A stretch of 24,000 nucleotides of DNA from Rickettsiales bacterium (GTDB taxonomy: Bacteria; Pseudomonadota; Alphaproteobacteria; Rickettsiales; UBA3002), in the NCBI GenBank assembly GCA_027489915.1, contig JAIXZB010000023.1, positions 7,854-31,853 on the forward strand. Reading direction: 5' to 3'. The notes beneath the pieces are model-generated. The model was not told the DNA's origin and made no database searches. It was given only the letters and a program-made list of their open reading frames with translations. The translations under genes were made by a program, and so were the position numbers. Of the stretch, positions 16,529 through 23,891 are shown piece after piece; position 1 is the stretch's first letter, and every line of letters begins with the position of its first letter.

Positions 16529-17881
16529 CTAATTATAAATCGGGAATTTCGCGGTTAAGGCTTTCACCTTCTCGAAGGTGGCTTTCTCAACAGCGCTGTT
16601 ATCTTCCGGATTTGCACTTAAGCCATCGAGCACATCGCCGATGAGATTGGCAATCAGCTCAAACTCGGCCACACCAAACCCGCGCGTGGTTCCCGCAGGC
16701 GAGCCTAAGCGAATGCCAGAGGTGACAAACGGCGAGGCGGGATCGAACGGAATCGCGTTTTTGTTGCAGGTGAGACCCGCACGCTCAAGCGATGCTTCGG
16801 CAGCTTTGCCCGTAACATTTTTAGGGCGCAGATCCACTAAGCACAGATGGTTATCCGTACCGCCCGTGATGATGTTAAGGCCGCGTGTGACCAGTACCTT
16901 CGCCATCGCCCGCGCATTGGTGATGATGTCGTGACCATATTGCTTGAATTCGGGCGTGAGTGCTTCGCCGAATGCCACGGCTTTGGCGGCAATCACATGC
17001 ATGAGTGGGCCGCCCTGAATGCCCGGGAAAATGGCAGAGTTAAGCGCCATCTCGAGCGTTTGGTCTTTGCCCTGCATGGTTTTGCCCACCACAAGTTCGG
17101 GCATGTTGGAAAGAATCAACCCTCCGCGTGGGCCGCGCAGTGTTTTGTGCGTGGTGGTGGTGACGATCTGCGCATGCGGCAGAGGCGATGGGTAGGAACC
17201 CGCTGCAACCAGCCCCGAAATATGCGCCATATCGACAAGGAAATACGCACCCACTTTATCGGCGATTGCGCGGAAGCGCGCCCAATCAATGACGCGGCTA
17301 TAGGCAGAAAATCCTGCGATGATGAGTTTGGGTTTGTGCTCAAGCGCGAGCTTCTCCACTGCATCGTAATCGATGAGGTGATTATCTTCGCGCACACCAT
17401 ATTGAACGGCGTTGAACCATTTGCCCGATTGGTTGACCGCTGCACCGTGCGTGAGATGACCACCTGCGGCGAGCGACTGGCCAAGAATCGTATCGCCCGG
17501 TTGCAAGAGTGCAGTGAACACACCTTGATTGGCCTGCGAACCCGAGTTTGGCTGCACGTTGGCGTAGGTGCAGTTATAAAGTTCTTTCACGCGGTCGATA
17601 GCAAGCTGCTCTGCAATATCGACATATTCGCAGCCACCGTAATAGCGTTTGCCGGGGTATCCTTCGGCGTATTTGTTGGTAAGCACTGAGCCTTGCGCTT
17701 CCATCACCGCGCGGCTGGTGATATTTTCGGAGGCAATGAGTTCCACCTGCTGTTGCTGGCGCGTGAATTCTTTGCCGATGGCCGCGAACACTTCACTATC
17801 GCGGCTGCTGAGGGGTGCATTAAAAAAGTCGTCGGTGCTGTTTGTCATGGTGTTGTCCTGCTTACGTATTGCGTTGGTCAT
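16529..17881 (-). CDS. glyA: Serine hydroxymethyltransferase
   Basis: 450 aa with the PLP site [14 protein letters not shown] and YYGGCE. The start is either 17881 or the second Met at 17848. Confidence 0.95.
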   Translation of the reverse strand: MTNAIRKQDNTMTNSTDDFFNAPLSSRDSEVFAAIGKEFTRQQQQVELIASENITSRAVMEAQGSVLTNKYAEGYPGKRYYGGCEYVDIAEQLAIDRVKELYNCTYANVQPNSGSQANQGVFTALLQPGDTILGQSLAAGGHLTHGAAVNQSGKWFNAVQYGVREDNHLIDYDAVEKLALEHKPKLIIAGFSAYSRVIDWARFRAIADKVGAYFLVDMAHISGLVAAGSYPSPLPHAQIVTTTTHKTLRGPRGGLILSNMPELVVGKTMQGKDQTLEMALNSAIFPGIQGGPLMHVIAAKAVAFGEALTPEFKQYGHDIITNARAMAKVLVTRGLNIITGGTDNHLCLVDLRPKNVTGKAAEASLERAGLTCNKNAIPFDPASPFVTSGIRLGSPAGTTRGFGVAEFELIANLIGDVLDGLSANPEDNSAVEKATFEKVKALTAKFPIYN

Positions 17882-17893
17882 AGTGTCTCCTCG

Positions 17894-18349
17894 TTATCCT
17901 AATTTCTCGATGCGTTGCTGATGTCTGCCGCCTTCGTAAGCGGTGGTTAGAAATTGTTCGGTGCATGCGGCTGCTTCGGCGATGCCAATCAAGCGCGCAC
18001 CGAGGCACAGCACGTTCGCATCGTTGTGCTTGCGCGAAAGTGTGGCGGCAAGGGCGCTGTGACAGAGCGCCGCGCGGATGCCAGCGAAACGATTAGCGGC
18101 AATGGAAATGCCGATGCCCGAGCCGCAAATAGCGATGCCAAATTCGGCGCGCTTTGCGAGTACTTCCGTTGAAACTTTTGCAGCGTAGTCGGGATAGTCT
18201 ACCGAAGCTGTGCCATGCGTGCCAACATCGTGCGCGGCAAATCCGCAGGCTTCGATGGTGGGAATCAAGGCTGCTTTCAAATCCACTCCTGCATGGTCGC
18301 TGCCGATGGCAACGATGAGGGGTGATGTGTTATGTGCATTACTATTCAC
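17894..18349 (-). CDS. rpiB: Ribose-5-phosphate isomerase B
   Basis: IAIGSDHAG, CGSGIG and NDANVLCLGAR motifs. The track ORF (to 18457) starts at a TTG that overlaps the divergent gene and adds a Cys-rich 36-aa extension. I trim to the GTG at 18349, which gives about 151 aa, the normal RpiB size. No SD is visible, so the start is uncertain. Confidence 0.8.
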   Translation of the reverse strand: MNSNAHNTSPLIVAIGSDHAGVDLKAALIPTIEACGFAAHDVGTHGTASVDYPDYAAKVSTEVLAKRAEFGIAICGSGIGISIAANRFAGIRAALCHSALAATLSRKHNDANVLCLGARLIGIAEAAACTEQFLTTAYEGGRHQQRIEKLG

Positions 18350-18378
18350 AAACGGTGCTACAGAGTTGTTTGTATTAT

Positions 18379-18394
18379 CTACTATATATGGTAG
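18379..18394. promoter_or_regulatory. Imperfect 16-bp AT-core palindrome in the rpiB / prepilin-peptidase divergent region
   Basis: CTACTATATATGGTAG has 4-bp arms CTAC/GTAG around the core. It matches 11 of 16 positions of the NrdR-box consensus as I recall it (acaCwAtATaTwgtgt). It may equally be just a -10-like TATA stretch. Confidence 0.25.
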
Positions 18395-18448
18395 TAGGCG
18401 TATGGTTATACACGCGCATGTGGATAACGCAACCGCAATAAGGCCACC

Positions 18449-19276
18449 ATGCAACAACTCGCCCAGATTTCTGCCGATTTTCCTTTGGGGGTGGGGGTGT
18501 TTCTAGGCTTGCTCGGAGCAGCTTTAGGCAGTTTTATGACCATGGCGACTTATCGTTTGCCGCTGGATTTGCCCATAGGCCGCACCCGCTCGCGCTGCCC
18601 TGCATGCGGCACATCGCTTAAGGCGCGTGACCTTTTCCCTGTCCTAAGCTGGGTGCTTTCGCGCGGAAAATGCCGCTATTGCAGCACAAGGGTGCATGTG
18701 CGCTACCCGCTGATTGAACTAAGCTGCGCAGCAGCCTGTGTGGTGACGTATGTGCTTATGGGGCTTAGCCCTATCAGCCTGTGTATTATGGTGCTGCTGC
18801 TTGGTATTATTGCCATTTTCATCACCGATTTTGAGCACCGCATTATCCTCGATGAAGTGCAGATAGTGCTGTTTTTTATGGGTGTGCTTTACGGCATGGC
18901 GAATGCAGTGCCATTGCCGCATGTGTTTGCGATGGCGGCGGTGGGCATTGCGATTGGGCTTACGCTGAAATACGGATTTTTGTTTCTTATGAATAAAGAC
19001 GGGCTTGGGCTTGGCGATGTGAAGTTTCTAGCCGTAGTGGGCGCATGGCTTGCTTCTGGCGCGTTGGATTTTACGGCTTTTGTGCCGTTTTTGTTTTATT
19101 CAGGAATCCTTGGGATTGTGACATCGCTTGCATGGAAGCTGGTCTCGAAAGATGAGCATTTTCCCTTTGGCCCTGCGCTTGCATTGAGTTTATTGGTATG
19201 CGTATTGTGGCCAGAATCGGTGGCCGCATTTTTCACGCTGTATGGAATTTTGCCACTTCATGTGGGGACGGTTTAG
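18449..19276 (+). CDS. Type IV prepilin leader peptidase / N-methyltransferase family (A24; PilD/GspO-like)
   Basis: 275 aa, polytopic. The N-terminal loop carries CPAC...22 residues...CRYC (C50, C53, C75, C78), the PilD-type zinc-knuckle region. Aspartyl-protease motifs are ITDFEH and GLGLGDVKF. AAGG lies 5 nt upstream of the ATG. Confidence 0.85.
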   Translation: MQQLAQISADFPLGVGVFLGLLGAALGSFMTMATYRLPLDLPIGRTRSRCPACGTSLKARDLFPVLSWVLSRGKCRYCSTRVHVRYPLIELSCAAACVVTYVLMGLSPISLCIMVLLLGIIAIFITDFEHRIILDEVQIVLFFMGVLYGMANAVPLPHVFAMAAVGIAIGLTLKYGFLFLMNKDGLGLGDVKFLAVVGAWLASGALDFTAFVPFLFYSGILGIVTSLAWKLVSKDEHFPFGPALALSLLVCVLWPESVAAFFTLYGILPLHVGTV

Positions 19277-19385
19277 TTATCCACAAGATTTCGCATTTGC
19301 ACTTATAGTTACAGTTGCGTTTTTCTGTCGGCCATGTTCTTACATATGGTAGAAATTTTTCTTCATCCTACTACCGGTTGTGTTC

Positions 19386-21278
19386 ATGCGCCGATTTATG
19401 ACTGTATCTCCCCATTTATTGGTACTGGTTGCTTTGACAGGCGCGGTTTTCACGCTGTCGGGCTGTAATTTAGAAGATGAGGTGGCCGGTTGGCGCGATA
19501 AAGATGTAGTTGATCGCCCGCAAAAACTATCGCGCGATGATTATCGTAATATGAACCGCAAGGAAAAGCTGCTTTCCGAAGACGGTGAATCTGCAGCGGC
19601 GCTCGGCGTTCCTCCTATTCCTGATGTGGCGCAGGTGATTGCCGCGCCGCGCCCACCTAAAGTGGGCAATACCAAGCTAGTGTCTATCGCTGTTACGGAT
19701 GATGTGCCGTTGCGTGATGTGTTGTTCGAGCTTGGGCGATTGGCAGATGTAGATATTGAAATTGGCCCTGGGCTCTCAAATCGCGGTATTAACCTTCGCG
19801 CAAAAGATAAGCCGTTTAATCAAGTCATTGAGCGCATTTCAGATTTGGCTGGGTTACGCTATTCGGTGAAAAATGGTGCGTTGCGTGTGGAGCGCGATAC
19901 GCCGTATTTCAAAAACTACACGCTCGATTTTCTCAACATCGTGCGCTCTAGCACAAGCAATGTGAATGTGACGAGTAATGTGCTTTCCTCTTCAGTGGGT
20001 GGCGGTAGCAGCGGTGGTGGCAGCACGGGCAATAGCAGCACAAGCGGTGGCGGTGGCGGCGGTGGCGGTAGTTCTAGCGGAGTATCAACGGGAACCACCA
20101 GCAGCATCACTGCGGGGTCTGAAAGTGATATTTGGTCTTCACTTGAAGCCAGCATAACTGAAATTTTAAATACGTCGGCAAGTGCAGCAGATTTAGCAGG
20201 GGCGGCTACTGCAGGCATTGGATCAGCTGGTACAGAGGGTGCAGCGGGAGCGGCTGGTACAACAGCTGGAGGTGGTGGTGCGGGTGCTTCGGGTGGTGCA
20301 AGCGTAAACTTCGTGGTGAACCGTCAGGCGGGAGTGCTTTCGGCCAATGCGACTGAGCGTCAGCACGACAAGCTTGCGATGTATTTGAAATTGCTGGAAC
20401 GTAATTCTTCTGCGCAGGTGCTGATTGAAGCGAAGATTGTAGAAGTAACCTTAAACGATCAATTCCAATCAGGCATTAACTGGAGCAATCTGGTTGGTTC
20501 TATAGATAGCAGTAATATTAGTCTTGGTTCATTCCAGCCAAATGGTGGTATCAACGATTTCTCACTAGGCTCAAACGGTGCGATTACCTTCACGCTTGAA
20601 AACGGGAATCTTGATGCCGTGTTGCAGATGACCCAGCGTTTTGGTACCACGCGCACACTTTCAAGCCCACGCCTACATGCGATTAATAACCAACAGGCTG
20701 TTTTAACGTTTGCACAAAACCGCGTGATACAAACCTGCAGCATCACTGAAGGTGACAGCGCAACGGCAACCGATACCGGCACTGTAACGCAGGGGCCTTC
20801 CTATGAGTGTGAAGTTTCGACGATTCCTATTGGTATTATTCTCAATATCATGCCGTCTATCAATCTGGATTCGCAGGAAGTAACGCTCAATGTACGCCCT
20901 ACATTGTCACGTCAGATTGATCAGGTAGAAAACGCCTCAACACGCCTCGCTGCGCGCGCTCTTCAGGATGATGAGCTGCAAAGCTTTATCCCAATTATTG
21001 AGGTGCGTGAGATTGATTCTGTCATGAAAATCAAATCTGGTGCGGTGATGATTATCGGCGGTCTGATGGAAGATGGCGCAAGTAATGAAGAGCGTGGCGT
21101 ACCTGGCGTGAGTGAAATTCCGTGGTTGGGTAATGCATTCAAGAGCCGTAGTGAGTTGTCTCAAAAACGTGAATTGATTATTTTTATCAAAGCTACTGTA
21201 GTTAATTCTTCGGGATCTGCTGACCCAATAGACCGCAGTATCATGAAGAAATACACGACTGACGCACGTCCGATTTAG
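19386..21278 (+). CDS. Lipoprotein secretin, MshL-like (T2SS/T4P secretin family)
   Basis: Signal peptide plus lipobox (..GAVFTLSGC|N, Cys codon 19464-19466). It has an N-terminal secretin_N-type domain (VSIAVTDDVPLRDVLFELGRLADVDI...ALRVE) and an MshL-like YTLDFLN..R / DIWSSLE..ITEIL region. The canonical secretin C-domain is present (QVLIEAKIVEVTLND..GINW; LSSPRLHAINNQQA; GVPGVSEIPWLGNAFKS...ELIIFIKATVV). The track start is the GTG at 19380; I prefer the ATG at 19386. Confidence 0.85.
   Translation: MRRFMTVSPHLLVLVALTGAVFTLSGCNLEDEVAGWRDKDVVDRPQKLSRDDYRNMNRKEKLLSEDGESAAALGVPPIPDVAQVIAAPRPPKVGNTKLVSIAVTDDVPLRDVLFELGRLADVDIEIGPGLSNRGINLRAKDKPFNQVIERISDLAGLRYSVKNGALRVERDTPYFKNYTLDFLNIVRSSTSNVNVTSNVLSSSVGGGSSGGGSTGNSSTSGGGGGGGGSSSGVSTGTTSSITAGSESDIWSSLEASITEILNTSASAADLAGAATAGIGSAGTEGAAGAAGTTAGGGGAGASGGASVNFVVNRQAGVLSANATERQHDKLAMYLKLLERNSSAQVLIEAKIVEVTLNDQFQSGINWSNLVGSIDSSNISLGSFQPNGGINDFSLGSNGAITFTLENGNLDAVLQMTQRFGTTRTLSSPRLHAINNQQAVLTFAQNRVIQTCSITEGDSATATDTGTVTQGPSYECEVSTIPIGIILNIMPSINLDSQEVTLNVRPTLSRQIDQVENASTRLAARALQDDELQSFIPIIEVREIDSVMKIKSGAVMIIGGLMEDGASNEERGVPGVSEIPWLGNAFKSRSELSQKRELIIFIKATVVNSSGSADPIDRSIMKKYTTDARPI
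19986..20303 (+). repeat. Bipartite Gly/Ser/Thr/Ala low-complexity insert inside the secretin gene
   Basis: Block 1 (19986-20117) encodes SSSVGGGSSGGGSTGNSSTSGGGGGGGGSSSGVSTGTTSSITAGS and includes an imperfect GGY triplet run at 20046-20069 (G8). Block 2 (20172-20303) encodes TSASAADLAGAATAGIGSAGTEGAAGAAGTTAGGGGAGASGGAS. A conserved-looking island (ESDIWSSLEASITEIL) separates the two blocks. Confidence 0.8.
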
Positions 21279-21280
21279 CT

Positions 21281-22045
21281 ATGTTCACTAATATCCGCTA
21301 TGTATTGCTAACCGCCATTCGTGACCGGCTTTTTGCAGGTCTGATTGTGGGTATATTGTTTGCGACCTATATCTCAAGCGCGATGGGCTCGACCGCGATG
21401 CTTGAGCCGCAACAGATGACGATTGCGTTTGCTGCCGCTATCTCGCGCATTATTGTGATGGTGGGAATTATCGTATTTATTGCGTTTCATATTCGTGGCG
21501 CGTTTGAAAGCCGCGAAATTGACTTACTGCTCTCGCGCCCTATTAGCCGCGCCACACTCGTGATGTCGTACTGGTTTGGTTTTGTGGTGGTAGCTACCTT
21601 GCTGTGCATACCCGCGATGGCGGTGCTTGCAGTGCTTGGTATTTTGGATGCAAAAGGGTATGCGCTGTGGTGCCTGAGCCTGGTGCTGGAATCTTGGCTT
21701 GTAGTATCGCTTGCATTATTTGCTGCGGTAACGCTGAGGAGCGGCGTGGTAACGGTGCTTGCTGGGCTTGGGTTTTACACCTTGTCGCGCATGATTGGTT
21801 TTTTCGTCGCCACCACCAAATCGGGCATGCTGTTTGAAAGCACGCTGCTCAATGAAGCCCTGCGATTTGTGATGAAAGCTATTTCTTCTGTCATACCGCG
21901 GATGGATTTTTTTGGTAAAGGAAGTTGGCTGGTATATGGACCCGAAACCATGCAGGCCTTGTGGTTGTTTGTAGCGCAAGGGGCGATATTTATTCCGCTA
22001 CTGCTTGCTGCGACCATCATTGATTTTTCACGGAAGCAGTTTTAG
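21281..22045 (+). CDS. Six-TM membrane protein, GldF/NosY-like ABC-2 permease fold; no partner ATPase in the window
   Basis: 254 aa. The layout is TM1, TM2, then GAFESREIDLLLSRPISR (21497-21550), then four more TM helices. Position and sequence resemble the E.E.GTLELLL..P(V/I)SR signature that follows TM2 in GldF/NosY-type ABC-2 permeases. It starts 2 nt after the secretin stop (TAGCTATG). Confidence 0.6.
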   Translation: MFTNIRYVLLTAIRDRLFAGLIVGILFATYISSAMGSTAMLEPQQMTIAFAAAISRIIVMVGIIVFIAFHIRGAFESREIDLLLSRPISRATLVMSYWFGFVVVATLLCIPAMAVLAVLGILDAKGYALWCLSLVLESWLVVSLALFAAVTLRSGVVTVLAGLGFYTLSRMIGFFVATTKSGMLFESTLLNEALRFVMKAISSVIPRMDFFGKGSWLVYGPETMQALWLFVAQGAIFIPLLLAATIIDFSRKQF

Positions 22046-22047
22046 CG

Positions 22048-22803
22048 ATGCGTGCAGCCATTGCAGTATTGATGCTTGCTCTTGCTGCGCAAGGCGGGTT
22101 CTGGTGGAAAACACGCAGTATTATTCCCGAAATGACGATTGTGCCTGATGTGCCAGGAGAAGCCACGGTGAAAGCATTGTCGCTCGGTGATGAGCAGGTA
22201 TTTTTCAGATTTCTCGCACTGAATGTGCAAAATGCAGGTGATACTTTTGGTCGATTTACTGCCCTGTATAAATACGATTTCAATAGGCTGTATCACTGGT
22301 TCAATCTGCTTGATACGCTCGATAACCAGTCGAACTATGTGCCCAGCATGGCGACGTATTATTTTAGCCAGACCCAGCATAAACCTGATGTAAAATACAT
22401 CGTGGATTATCTGGAAAACCATGCGAAGGGCCGTGTGAAGGACAAATGGTGGTGGGTGGTGCAGGCCGTGTATTTGAGCAATCACAAGCTGGAAGATAAA
22501 GACCGCGCACTGGAACTTGCGAATATGTTGAAAGATGTAAAAGATATACCGCTATGGGCGCAGCAGATGCCTGCCTTCATTCACGAACAACGTGGTGAGA
22601 TGGAAGAGGCGAGTGCCATCATTGAGAATATTTTGAAAAGTGAACAACAACTTAAACAGGGCGAGCTGAACTTCATGTATTTCTTTTTGAAAGACCGCAC
22701 CAAACGCCTAGATGAATTAAAAGGCGATTTGAAAGCAGCGCAGAAGCGCCACACACCAGGCGCAGATGAGCCGAAGCCTGTGGAGGGGTTGTTAGCTAAG
22801 TAA
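22048..22803 (+). CDS. Hypothetical N-terminally anchored (or secreted) helical protein, unknown family
   Basis: 251 aa with hydrophobic N-terminus MRAAIAVLMLALAAQGGFWW. A Trp/Tyr-rich body follows (KWWWVVQAVYLSNHKLEDKDRALELANML has a TPR-like flavour), then a charged C-terminal tail. It starts 2 nt after the previous stop (TAGCGATG). Confidence 0.55.
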   Translation: MRAAIAVLMLALAAQGGFWWKTRSIIPEMTIVPDVPGEATVKALSLGDEQVFFRFLALNVQNAGDTFGRFTALYKYDFNRLYHWFNLLDTLDNQSNYVPSMATYYFSQTQHKPDVKYIVDYLENHAKGRVKDKWWWVVQAVYLSNHKLEDKDRALELANMLKDVKDIPLWAQQMPAFIHEQRGEMEEASAIIENILKSEQQLKQGELNFMYFFLKDRTKRLDELKGDLKAAQKRHTPGADEPKPVEGLLAK

Positions 22804-23055
22804 CGAAACGTCGCGTTGTTCGTATTCTTTAATGGTTTCTTCAATACAGTGTGCAAAGTGCGCTACCGCTTCTTCCTCTGATGCAAAATAGCGGGGATTA
22901 GTTTTTGATCCGCGATCGCTGAAATAGACGCACCAGCCAGAGGAGGTCTGTTCAATACCGAATACATCACCACCGCCAAGTGTGCCACTCAGTGCATATA
23001 AATACTCAGGCACATGTTCAGCGTGAAGGCGTGCGAGCAAGGCTTCGAGTGTCAT
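22792..23055 (-). CDS. Small conserved-looking hypothetical protein (87 aa), function unknown
   Basis: It starts 2 nt after the panB stop (TAGCAATG) and overlaps the convergent gene by 12 nt. I have seen the pattern ...VPEYLYAL.G.....DVFGIE....GW.VYFSDRGSK.....F.SEEEAV..F in many uncharacterised small proteins, but I cannot name a family. Confidence 0.5.
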   Translation of the reverse strand: MTLEALLARLHAEHVPEYLYALSGTLGGGDVFGIEQTSSGWCVYFSDRGSKTNPRYFASEEEAVAHFAHCIEETIKEYEQRDVSLLS

Positions 23056-23057
23056 TG

Positions 23058-23891
23058 CTAATGTAACTCTTTAGCGCCAAAGCAATGCACGGGGGTGGGA
23101 AAGGTGCGTGTGCGCACGGCTTCGGCGTAGGCGGTGATGCCTTTGCTGATTTCAGAGCGTATATCGGCAAATTGCTGCACGAATTTGGGGGTGTGCTCAA
23201 ACAGGCCGAGCATGTCTTCGGTGACTAACACCTGACCATCGCACGCAGGAGAGGCACCGATGCCGATGGTAGGGATTTTGACCCGAGCGGTGATGTCGCG
23301 CGATAGCGGTTCTTCGGTGGCTTCGATAAGAAGGGCGAATGCGCCTGCTTCTTCGCAAGCGAGCGCATCTTCGAATATACGCTTGTGCGAGGCTTCGGTT
23401 TTACCTTGCGTTTTATAGCCACCATGGGTGTGCACATGCTGCGGCTTAAGGCCGATATGGCTCATCACGGGAATGCCGCGCTCGGTGAGCATACGCACGA
23501 TAGGGGCAAGTTCTTTGCCACCTTCGAGCTTCACGGCAGCGCAGCCTGTATCTTTGAGCATTTTGGCGCAGTTAAGAAATGCCTGCTGTGCTGAGGCCTG
23601 ATAGCTGCCAAACGGCATATCGGCAATCACCAGCGCTCGCTGCGAGGCTTTCACCACCGCTCGGGTGTGATTCACCATCATATCGAGTGTGACGGGAAGG
23701 GTGGATTCAAACCCGTAGAGCACCATGCCGAGTGAATCGCCGACCAGCAGAATATCGGCATGTGCGTCGATGAGGCGAGCCATGGGCGCGGTATAGGCGG
23801 TGAGCGCCACAATAGGTGTTTTACCCTTGAGCGCTTGCACGTCATTCACAGTAAAGCGTTTGATGCGCGTGGGGCTAGGTGCTTGGGACAT
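23058..23891 (-). CDS. panB: 3-methyl-2-oxobutanoate hydroxymethyltransferase (ketopantoate hydroxymethyltransferase)
   Basis: Motifs ALTAYTAPMARL, ILLVGDSLGMV, KLEGG and IGIGAS...DGQVLV. I place the start at the ATG at 23891 (MSQAPSPTRIKRFTV), which has AGGA 8 nt upstream. The track start is 23924. Confidence 0.9.
   Translation of the reverse strand: MSQAPSPTRIKRFTVNDVQALKGKTPIVALTAYTAPMARLIDAHADILLVGDSLGMVLYGFESTLPVTLDMMVNHTRAVVKASQRALVIADMPFGSYQASAQQAFLNCAKMLKDTGCAAVKLEGGKELAPIVRMLTERGIPVMSHIGLKPQHVHTHGGYKTQGKTEASHKRIFEDALACEEAGAFALLIEATEEPLSRDITARVKIPTIGIGASPACDGQVLVTEDMLGLFEHTPKFVQQFADIRSEISKGITAYAEAVRTRTFPTPVHCFGAKELH

Noticed and set aside
18350-18457. N-terminal extension of rpiB to a TTG at 18457
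   Set aside because: It would overlap the prepilin peptidase start and add about 36 residues not found in RpiB proteins (normally about 145-150 aa). The region is AT-rich intergenic-type sequence.
19916-20218. 100-aa minus-strand ORF containing a poly-proline run (PPPPPPPPP)
   Set aside because: It is simply the antisense reading of the GGY glycine codon run inside the secretin low-complexity linker.
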